The notes under the pieces are model-generated. The model had not been told where the DNA came from. It searched no databases and saw nothing but the letters and a program-made list of their open reading frames with translations. From the NCBI GenBank assembly GCA_019057865.1, contig JAHLWP010000007.1:1-64000 (forward strand): a stretch of 64,000 bases of DNA, read 5' to 3'. Source of the DNA: Promethearchaeota archaeon. Lineage in GTDB: Archaea > Asgardarchaeota > Lokiarchaeia > Sigyniarchaeales > SOKP01. A program made the translations under genes and the position numbers. Position 1 is the stretch's first letter; the number at the start of each line of letters is the position of its first letter. Positions 20,298 to 28,643 of this stretch are shown here, one piece after another.

Positions 20298-20933
20298 TTA
20301 TAAATTAACTTCTCCATCAATTCTTACAAGTCTTCCAACAACATGCAATCTTTTATCACAAAATAGTTCGATTGCCTTCGGAAAAATTTTATGTTCCCAT
20401 TCAAGAACTCTTGGTCCAAGAGTATCTTCTGTATCGGTATCATAGACAGGTACACATTTTTGGATAATAATTGGTCCATGATCAGCTTTCATATCCACAA
20501 AATGAACTGTACACCCAGATACTTTAACACCATATTCTAAAGCATCTCTGTGAACATGCATCCCTCTAAAAGAGGGTAATAATGCGGGGTGAATATTCAT
20601 AACATTTCCATTAAAGGCATCGATGAATTTTTGGCTTACTAATCTCATGTAGCCAACTAAAGCAATTAATTCACACTCATATTTTTTTAATACACTAATT
20701 ATTTTTTGATCAAATTCTTCTCTTGGGACATGGAGATCCTTATCAGATTCTATTAAAACATAAGGTATATTATGATTTTTAGCACGTTCCATGCAAAATG
20801 CTCCTGCTTTATTGCAAATCAGTACTTCTACTTTAGCTTTATTCTTTAAGATTCCATTTTCACATGCTTTGACGATTGCTTCAAAATTACTCCCCGATCC
20901 GGAAGCTATTGCTCCTATTTTTATTTTTGGCAT
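20298..20933 (-). CDS. purN: Phosphoribosylglycinamide formyltransferase
   Basis: SGSGSN, GYMRL, NIHPALLP, GCTVHFV, DHGPII. Confidence 0.95.
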   Translation of the reverse strand: MPKIKIGAIASGSGSNFEAIVKACENGILKNKAKVEVLICNKAGAFCMERAKNHNIPYVLIESDKDLHVPREEFDQKIISVLKKYECELIALVGYMRLVSQKFIDAFNGNVMNIHPALLPSFRGMHVHRDALEYGVKVSGCTVHFVDMKADHGPIIIQKCVPVYDTDTEDTLGPRVLEWEHKIFPKAIELFCDKRLHVVGRLVRIDGEVNL

Positions 20934-21344
20934 AGATCTTCTTAATCATCTTTTTTAAAAAAATTTTACTCAAATAGAGCATATTGAGAACTATTCACAT
21001 CTAAATTATAATATTAAGACATCGAAGTTCTCCTATTTTACATAATAAAAAGGTTTTTATTTGATTAACTTATATATTAATTAGAAATTAGAAGTAATTT
21101 ATTCTAAAATTAAGTCTCTTTTATTATTTTATATAATATTTGAGAGAAAACAATTCTATTTGTAAAAACATCATTTAAAAATAAAATTTGAAAAATTCGG
21201 ATATATAAATTCTTAAAATCAAATTGAATTAAGATTTTTAAATAGATCCTAAGCAAAAATAACAGTATTTTAAAAATAGAGATATTATTAAAGATTTTAC
21301 TTCTAAATAAAATTTATGTGAATTATTCAAAAAACTGAAGATTT

Positions 21345-23258
21345 ATGAGTTTTGAAGGAGAATTACAAAAAATCAAGAATGAAATAATAGAAAATCTTCC
21401 TCCAGAAATTACTGTTAAAAAAATTGAATTCGAGGGTCCTGAAATTGCAGTATATTCTGAAAATTCTGATGTTGAAGCGACTGAAAACTCAACAGTCCTA
21501 AAAGATCTGGCAAAGACTATGCGAAAACGCGTTGTTTTTCGCTGGAATGTAGAAAAACGTAAAGACCCTTCCGAAACTGAAAGTTATATAAGAAATTTAG
21601 TTGGTGAGGATGCAGAAATTACTGTTATTGAATTCGATCATACTCGAGGTGAAGTTATAATTGAATCGGGAAAGCCTGGTTTAGTTATAGGTAAAAAAGG
21701 AGTTAATTTAAAAGAAATAAGAACCAATACATTTTGGCAGCCTAAGACAATTAGAACTCCACCATTAGCCTCGAGAACAATTCAATTAATAAGAGGAATG
21801 TTGACAAAAGAACGGCAAACTCAAAAAGATATTTTACTATCAATAGGAAAAAGAATACATAGACCAACTATATTTAAAGATTTAAATATTAGATTAACTG
21901 CTTTAGGTGGATTTCGTGAAGTTGGGAGATCTTGTATTTTAATGCAAACTAGAGATAGTAATATCTTACTAGATGTGGGATTAAATGTAGGAAATCCTAT
22001 TGATAGATTCCCTTTTTTTGATATTCCTGAATTCTCAATTAGAGATCTGGATGCTGTTATCATTTCACATGCCCATCTAGATCACTGTGGTCTTGTGCCA
22101 TTTCTTTATAAATATGGTTATCGTGGACCAGTCTATTGTACATTACCTACTCGTAATCTATCTACAATGTTACAATTGGATTTTATACAAATCTGTGAAA
22201 AAGAAGGAAATCCACCACCTTATTCTAAAAGAGATGTTAAACAAACAGTACTTCATACAATTCCACTTTCTTGGGGAAAAGTAACAGATATCGCTCCTGA
22301 TATTAAATTAACACTCCACAATTCAGGTCATATTTTAGGTTCTTCCATGGTACATTTACATTTTGGTAAAGGAGGATATAATTTTGTATACACAGGAGAT
22401 TTTAAATTTCAAAAGACACGTTTACTTGAAAAAGCTAATGTCAAGTTTCCTAGAGTAGAAAGTTTACTTATCGAATCTACTTACGGTGGACCACAAGATC
22501 GCATCCCAAGCAGACAAGAATCTGAAAGAGAACTCAGACAAATTTTAAATACAACACTTAAAAGGGGAGGAAAAGTTCTAATTCCTGTTTTAGCAGTTGG
22601 ACGAGCACAAGAACTAATTATCGTTTTAGAAGAATATGTTTCTAAAGGATTAATTGATAAGGTACCAATATTTCTTGATGGGCTGATTTCAGAAGCAACA
22701 GCAATACATACTGCAAATCCTGATTTTCTTAGTTCAGATTTGAAAGAAAAAATCTTACATCAAGGAAAAAATCCTTTCTTATCTGACTATTTTTCGACCG
22801 TCAGTTCTCAAGATGAAAGATTAGATATTGTACAAGGTGGTCCTTGTATAATCTTGGCAACTAGTGGCATGTTAATCGGAGGTCCTTCAGTGCAATATCT
22901 TAGAGCTTTGGCAGAAGATAGCAACAATTCGTTAATCTTTGTATCTTATCAAGTACAGAAAACTTTAGGCTCGAGACTTCAAAAAGGCTTCAGAGAATTT
23001 CAGTATGTAGATGCCAAAGGCAGAACACAACTCGTAAAAGTTAACTTAAAAATCTTTACGCTTGAAGGATTTAGCGGTCACTCATCACGGAGCCAAATAT
23101 CTCAATTTTTACGGAGAATCCAACCAAGACCTAAACTAGTTATTGTAAATCACGGAGAAGAATCAAAATGTGTAAGTCTGTCGACAATGATACATAAAAA
23201 ATTACGTAAAAGCACAAAATCACCGAAGAACTTAGAAACTATTCTTCTCAAGAACTAA
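21345..23258 (+). CDS. fttA: Archaeal CPSF1 / FttA beta-CASP ribonuclease with KH domains
   Basis: EFEGPE, KPGLVIGK, LGGFREVGRS, SHAHLDH, GFSGHS, NHGE. Confidence 0.93.
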   Translation: MSFEGELQKIKNEIIENLPPEITVKKIEFEGPEIAVYSENSDVEATENSTVLKDLAKTMRKRVVFRWNVEKRKDPSETESYIRNLVGEDAEITVIEFDHTRGEVIIESGKPGLVIGKKGVNLKEIRTNTFWQPKTIRTPPLASRTIQLIRGMLTKERQTQKDILLSIGKRIHRPTIFKDLNIRLTALGGFREVGRSCILMQTRDSNILLDVGLNVGNPIDRFPFFDIPEFSIRDLDAVIISHAHLDHCGLVPFLYKYGYRGPVYCTLPTRNLSTMLQLDFIQICEKEGNPPPYSKRDVKQTVLHTIPLSWGKVTDIAPDIKLTLHNSGHILGSSMVHLHFGKGGYNFVYTGDFKFQKTRLLEKANVKFPRVESLLIESTYGGPQDRIPSRQESERELRQILNTTLKRGGKVLIPVLAVGRAQELIIVLEEYVSKGLIDKVPIFLDGLISEATAIHTANPDFLSSDLKEKILHQGKNPFLSDYFSTVSSQDERLDIVQGGPCIILATSGMLIGGPSVQYLRALAEDSNNSLIFVSYQVQKTLGSRLQKGFREFQYVDAKGRTQLVKVNLKIFTLEGFSGHSSRSQISQFLRRIQPRPKLVIVNHGEESKCVSLSTMIHKKLRKSTKSPKNLETILLKN

Positions 23259-23427
23259 TATCTTTAAGGAGAATAAGGTATTAACGGATTTGAGATAAAC
23301 TTGAGAATATAATGACGTATTACTACGCGTTCTGAAAGTTTAGATATTAAATTTAATTCTAGTTCTAAAAATTAATTTTTTTAAATAGTATTAATTACTA
23401 TGTCTAAATAGAATTTAGTGGTATTAT

Positions 23428-24369
23428 TTGAATATTAAAATCTCGAGACTAAAAAATCGATCAATTACAATATTTAGACATATTGTTCAAATTATTGCTT
23501 TCTTATTGATAAATTATATTATTTTAGAAGTAATCTTCTCTATAAATTTACTACGTTTAGAGGAGATATTAAAATTTCTACCTGTTTTAAACTCTCCCAG
23601 AAACCCAATTTCAACAGGGGCCGGTATTCTTGAATATATCTTTTTCTTTCTCGCAGAAGGAATATTTCCATTCCTACTTTTAGGGATTCTTATTTTAATA
23701 ACCTTATTTACTAATAGATTTTTTTGCGGGTGGATATGCCCCATTGGGACAATTCAGGATGCATGTTCAGCAGTACCAACAAAAAAAAGAACAATCAAAA
23801 TAGATACTCACAATAGCTTATTAAGAATCAAATATTTAATTGTCATTTTTATGTTATTAATCCTTCTTCCTTTAGGTATCTCAAGACTAACCAACTACTC
23901 ATTTTATCTACAATTTAAAGAAAATTTAGGTGACCTATCCAACAAACCTTTAGGATATTTCTCTCTATCTGAATATATTTTTGTCTTTCTCCCTAATATG
24001 ATTAAAGATATATTTACTTATGGAAGTTTAGCACCATTATTTGCTACTCTATTATCTTTTTTTATCTTCTTCTTCTATTTAATCCTCATAATTTTTTCAA
24101 TATGGTATCCAAGAGTATATTGTAGATATTTTTGCCCATTTGGAGCTGTTGCTTCTACTATAAGTGAATATTCATTTTTGAAACTTTCAAGAAGCCCTGT
24201 AAGATGTGTAGGAAGATCGGACTGTGGAATCTGTGAAAAAGTTTGTCCAAAACAAATAAGAATCTTAGATGAACCTTTTGAATTTTTTACAGGTAAAGGT
24301 GAATGCAATTTATGCTTAAAGTGCAAGGAAGAATGTCCATACAAGGCAATAACTTTAAAATTTGGATAA
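23428..24369 (+). CDS. Membrane 4Fe-4S protein (NapH/MauN/YccM-like)
   Basis: RFFCGWICPIG, YCRYFCPFG, two ferredoxin Cys clusters, TM helices. Confidence 0.85.
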   Translation: MNIKISRLKNRSITIFRHIVQIIAFLLINYIILEVIFSINLLRLEEILKFLPVLNSPRNPISTGAGILEYIFFFLAEGIFPFLLLGILILITLFTNRFFCGWICPIGTIQDACSAVPTKKRTIKIDTHNSLLRIKYLIVIFMLLILLPLGISRLTNYSFYLQFKENLGDLSNKPLGYFSLSEYIFVFLPNMIKDIFTYGSLAPLFATLLSFFIFFFYLILIIFSIWYPRVYCRYFCPFGAVASTISEYSFLKLSRSPVRCVGRSDCGICEKVCPKQIRILDEPFEFFTGKGECNLCLKCKEECPYKAITLKFG

Positions 24370-24543
24370 GTTTGCCAAAGTTTGGAAAGAAAATATAGAA
24401 TAAAAAATAAAATCACTTCCTTATTTAATATAAAATTTTTCAATTTTTTATGTCATATTACAAAAATCTAAATGATAGATTTTCTAATCTTTTATCAAAA
24501 GCTATGATGCATAATAAGTCAAATTTTATATCACAATAAAGCA

Positions 24544-25746
24544 ATGGATCCAAAAACAATTAAACAATTAGGAAACCGGATGAAAAGAGATGTAAATGTA
24601 GGTATCCATGGAATATTAGACTCAGAAGCTATAAGATATTATGAAGAAGAAAGTGAAGATATTAGACCACCCTTTTTTAGAGATGTTGACCGAATTGTCC
24701 ATTCAAAAGCCTTCAGCCGTTATATCGATAAATCTCAAGTTTTCTTTGATGTAAATAACGCAAATATAACTCATAGGTCTCTGCATGTAACTTTAGTCTC
24801 AAGAGTTAGCAGACAAATAGGACGTGTTCTAAGACTAAATACTGATTTAATTGAAGCAATAGCTCTAGGACACGACATAGGACATAGTCCTTTTGGTCAT
24901 ATAGGTGAAGAAATACTAAATGAAATCAGCAAAAGATATAACATGGGAAATTTTAGCCATAATGCTCAAGGTATAAGATGGCTTTCTTATCTTGAAAAAA
25001 GATATCCTAAAAAACCGGCTAAGGGTCTTAACTTAACTTTGCAGGTTCTTGATGGTATTCTTTGCCATGATGGTGAAGTGAATGAGCAAAAATTAAAACC
25101 GCTTAAAAGAAATGGAAAAACTTGGGAAGAACATCTAAGAGAATATGAAGATTGCTTTAATGAAAATAAAATAGAAAGAATCCCAATGTCTTATGAAGGC
25201 ATTACTGTAAGATTTGCTGATACTATTTCATATATTGGGAGAGATATTGAAGATGCTATCTTGTTAGGTCTATTAAGTCGAAATGATCTACCTGACTCCT
25301 GTAAAAAAATTCTAGGAGATACAAATCCTAAGATAATTAATACTTTAATAACAGATTTATTAAACTTTAGTTTAGATAATGATGTAATCGGCTACAGTGA
25401 TGATATTTTTCAAGCTTTAAAAGAATTAAAAACATTTAATTACAGAAAAATCTATATTAGACGAGATTTATTAAAAAAAAACTCTTTGGATAAAACTTTC
25501 ATCGATAAGTTAAAAGAAAGATTTGAATCAATTTTTAAAAGTTGTTTAAAGGATTTAGAAGAAGATAATTACAATTCACAGATCTTTAAGGACCACATAG
25601 AATATATCGATAATGAAAATTTTACTACTTATTTTTACACTCTTAAAGATCAAAATAAATTACCCTTAATTGTGAGAGACTATATTGCGGGAATGTCTGA
25701 TAGATATTTTAGTGAAATCTATATAAAATTTCAAAAACACCATTAG
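24544..25746 (+). CDS. dNTP triphosphohydrolase (dGTPase-like HD protein)
   Basis: FFRDVDRIVHSKAF, LGHDIGHSPFGHIGE, ADTISY, DYIAGMSD. Confidence 0.9.
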   Translation: MDPKTIKQLGNRMKRDVNVGIHGILDSEAIRYYEEESEDIRPPFFRDVDRIVHSKAFSRYIDKSQVFFDVNNANITHRSLHVTLVSRVSRQIGRVLRLNTDLIEAIALGHDIGHSPFGHIGEEILNEISKRYNMGNFSHNAQGIRWLSYLEKRYPKKPAKGLNLTLQVLDGILCHDGEVNEQKLKPLKRNGKTWEEHLREYEDCFNENKIERIPMSYEGITVRFADTISYIGRDIEDAILLGLLSRNDLPDSCKKILGDTNPKIINTLITDLLNFSLDNDVIGYSDDIFQALKELKTFNYRKIYIRRDLLKKNSLDKTFIDKLKERFESIFKSCLKDLEEDNYNSQIFKDHIEYIDNENFTTYFYTLKDQNKLPLIVRDYIAGMSDRYFSEIYIKFQKHH

Positions 25747-26289
25747 ATTAAAGAATTTTAATATATACAATTGATAACTCCTAATTTAATTACCAATTTA
25801 AAAATAAAACATAATATGTTAATCTTATATGGATTTATGTAAGTAAAAATGGATTACACAATTGAGGATATTTTACAAAAAGCTATTTCAGTTCTACGGG
25901 GTTTTTTTTTCAGTCACACGGGGTTTTAATAAAATTAGTTTTTTTTAAACTGATATCTTTTTTTATCCTCCAGTCTAAATGTATGTGTAATCCAAGTTAA
26001 ATAATATAGATCTTAGTAAATAAATCTATCTTTTTTGACAAAAAAATAGTCAAGAAACATAAAATATATTTTACAAGTCCTCTTTGAATATTCTTTTAGT
26101 TTTAGACAATTGAGAAAGGTTTTTTAGAGTTTTCGGATTATTAATATTCAAATAAACAAATTAACAATTCTTACATCTGGTTATAACACTTCAGCGTAGA
26201 TGTATCGCAAAAGAATTTAACCGTAGGCTCCATGTCTAAGCTCTTTTACAATACATAAGAGAATTGCGCATAATTGGGTGTTGTATGTT

Positions 26290-26391
26290 AGCCCAGTGGT
26301 GTAGAGGTCAAGCATCGGGGGCCCTGAACCCCTGGACCACGGTTCGAAAAATTGACGAACTTATCGTTTATCGAAATTCCGTGCTGGGCTA
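26290..26391 (+). tRNA. tRNA-Gln(CTG) with a 29-nt intron at position 59/60 (26349-26377)
   Basis: AGCCCAG/CTGGGCT acceptor stem; GGGGG-CCCTGAA-CCCCT anticodon arm; T stem CACGG/CCGTG; central helix TTCG/CGAA with AAA and ATT bulges. Confidence 0.88.
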
Positions 26392-27627
26392 TATCTTCTT
26401 TTTTAAACTTTGTTCTAAATAGCGAGCATATTGTGTATCTTGTAAAATATTATTTATTCTATTATTCGCCTTAGCTGTCAATCTTAAGAACTGTTTATCA
26501 CCATTTTTTATGATTTTAATTAAATCTCTTTTTTTTAAGTTATCAATAACTCGTTTTAAATGTCGTTTTGAAATTTCTAGGTTATTCATTAATTTTATGG
26601 GCAAAATCATATTGGTTCCTTCGTTTAAGTTTATTTTATGAATTTGGAGAATGTATTTTTTCCAAGCTTCGCCTTGTTTAAATAAGATACGTAGAGGGTC
26701 TTTGCCATCTATCCTTTGTAATTTAAAGTTATAAATATTTCTTAATATTTCCTTAAAAAAAGACTTAAATTTATTTGAATAATTGATTTCTAAAATTTCA
26801 TCAACAACATTCCTAAATTGTATAGAATGAATTAGAGTATGGCAATTTGAACATAAGCAAACACAATTTTGCCTTATAAGCATATTAATAATTTCTTCTA
26901 TCTCATATTTTTTTATTTTAGTCCATCTCAATTTATTAATATTATCTGCTTTAGTAATATGGTGAAATTCAAGGGCAGGTAAATTATTATATATATTTAT
27001 TTTTCCACATCCTATACATTTACTGCCATATAACTTTTCTATTACAAACCTCTTTTTTACCCATTCTACAACCCGAAACTTAAAATTTTTTGCATATTTG
27101 TTTACTCTCTGTTTAACATAATTATCGATAATTTGATGTATTTTTTCAGCAGAATATTCAAATAAATCCTCTTTTAAAATAATTTCTTTAAAATCTTTAA
27201 AATTTTCAGCATTCTGTAAAGAATGACAATTTCTACATAAAGGTACAACTCTTTCTTTTTCAAAAATCAACATCATCTCTTTCCAATATTTAAAACGGTT
27301 ATTGCGCCAATTGATTTGCTTTAATTTCCTATCTTGATGATGAAAATCAATTGTTGGAAGAAAACTGATATCAATATCGCAATTAGAACATTTTCTATCA
27401 AATTTACCATTATAAATATTAGTAAAAATTAGCGATTTGTTTTTAAAAGATTCCATAGCAACACTGAGTTTATTACATTCTTTACATATACTCCTTAAGC
27501 CGTCTTTTTTTGAATAAAATTCACTATAAGGTTTAATTTTATAGCATTTCCCACATTCTTTCCTTTTTCCATTGTTATATAAATGTCTTCTATTTTTACA
27601 TTCTCTGTTTTTACTATCATGAATCAT
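26389..27627 (-). CDS. Tandem Cys4-Zn HNH endonuclease-like protein with C-terminal winged helix
   Basis: Two repeats of CxxC...(D/E)FHH...LCxNCH, an N-terminal CGKC...CKEC finger and a MarR-like C-terminus. Confidence 0.7.
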   Translation of the reverse strand: MIHDSKNRECKNRRHLYNNGKRKECGKCYKIKPYSEFYSKKDGLRSICKECNKLSVAMESFKNKSLIFTNIYNGKFDRKCSNCDIDISFLPTIDFHHQDRKLKQINWRNNRFKYWKEMMLIFEKERVVPLCRNCHSLQNAENFKDFKEIILKEDLFEYSAEKIHQIIDNYVKQRVNKYAKNFKFRVVEWVKKRFVIEKLYGSKCIGCGKINIYNNLPALEFHHITKADNINKLRWTKIKKYEIEEIINMLIRQNCVCLCSNCHTLIHSIQFRNVVDEILEINYSNKFKSFFKEILRNIYNFKLQRIDGKDPLRILFKQGEAWKKYILQIHKINLNEGTNMILPIKLMNNLEISKRHLKRVIDNLKKRDLIKIIKNGDKQFLRLTAKANNRINNILQDTQYARYLEQSLKKKI

Positions 27628-27713
27628 GAGATAAAATTTAAAACGATAAAGAAAATATAAAAATAATAGGAGTATAAAGATATAGTAAATTAAAACAAAT
27701 TGACTGGTTAAAT

Positions 27714-28067
27714 TTAACCAGTTCGTTTAATAAGATGGTAACCAAATTGAGTTTTTATTGGTTGAGAGATTCCTCCTATTTTCAATTTAGTGCACGCATT
27801 CCAGAATTCAGGAACCATATCACCTTTGGAAAATTCCCCTAAATTTCCGCCCTTATTCTTACTAGAACAACTAGAATTTTGTCTTGCTAACTGTTCAAAA
27901 CTTTCTCCTGCTTTTAAATCCTCATAAAGTTCTTGTGCCTGACTATGTTTATTGACTAGAATATGACTTGCCTTAATTTTACCACTATGGATAGGCGCCC
28001 CACCAGTGCTTACACTAGAACCCTTTTTTTTCTTCTGATAATCTTTACCATATTTTGGTTTACCCAT
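27714..28067 (-). CDS. Parvulin-type peptidyl-prolyl isomerase with basic N-terminal extension
   Basis: ASHILV, FEQLARQNS, GGNLG, MVPEF, KTQFGYHLI. Confidence 0.92.
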   Translation of the reverse strand: MGKPKYGKDYQKKKKGSSVSTGGAPIHSGKIKASHILVNKHSQAQELYEDLKAGESFEQLARQNSSCSSKNKGGNLGEFSKGDMVPEFWNACTKLKIGGISQPIKTQFGYHLIKRTG

Positions 28068-28135
28068 AATTATCTCAAGAGAAATACTAAGTAAAATTTT
28101 AAAGAAAGAGAATAAAATTTCTTCTATAAAAGAGT

Positions 28136-28549
28136 TTAGTTTATTATTAAGTATCTAAAATTTTTGATTTCTTCAATTGAATTTATTTCTACACATATGC
28201 TTTGAAAATCTTGAATAGAACCTTCAAACATCATATAAATAATCGTTTTATGATCAATAAAATTTTGATTCTTACTTACAATCTGATCTTTATAAACATT
28301 TTCAATTCTATTTAATTTTTTTAGAACATTCCTGTCATTAGGTGCTACAATTATCATATTTCCGATAATGGTTTTACTTTTTGAAGTAAATTCACCATAT
28401 GTATCGACATCATATGTATCAACAGTTGACATTAATCGCAATAAGGCATCTCTAATTAATTTAGATTTGTTATCGTACTGATTCTTCGAAACTAATTTAT
28501 TTATAAATTTTTTAAGGCTTTCATTTATATTAAATGATACAATTGGAAT
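28136..28549 (-). CDS. Ribbon-helix-helix (CopG/NikR-like) regulator with ACT-like C-terminal domain
   Basis: Frame upstream of the track ORF reads IPIVSFNINESLKKFINKLVSKNQYDNKSKLIRDALLRL (RHH). In-frame TAA at 28553-28555 leaves ATT 28549 as the only plausible start. Confidence 0.75.
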   Translation of the reverse strand: MPIVSFNINESLKKFINKLVSKNQYDNKSKLIRDALLRLMSTVDTYDVDTYGEFTSKSKTIIGNMIIVAPNDRNVLKKLNRIENVYKDQIVSKNQNFIDHKTIIYMMFEGSIQDFQSICVEINSIEEIKNFRYLIIN

Positions 28550-28575
28550 ATTTTAACACCTTAAATATTAATAAT

Positions 28576-28615
28576 CGTATTAAAAAAACGTATTAAAATA
28601 TATATCGTACTAAAA
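28576..28615. promoter_or_regulatory. Three direct repeats CGTAYTAAAA upstream of the RHH regulator (putative operator)
   Basis: CGTATTAAAA at 28576 and 28589; CGTACTAAAA at 28606. Confidence 0.45.
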
Positions 28616-28643
28616 TATATAAATATTTTGAGGTAGAGATAAA

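Noticed and set aside
25750-26280. Possible decayed gene or IS remnant upstream of tRNA-Gln, including a repeated ACGGGGTTTT
   Set aside because: Frames are interrupted and no recognisable protein motif was found; cannot be supported.
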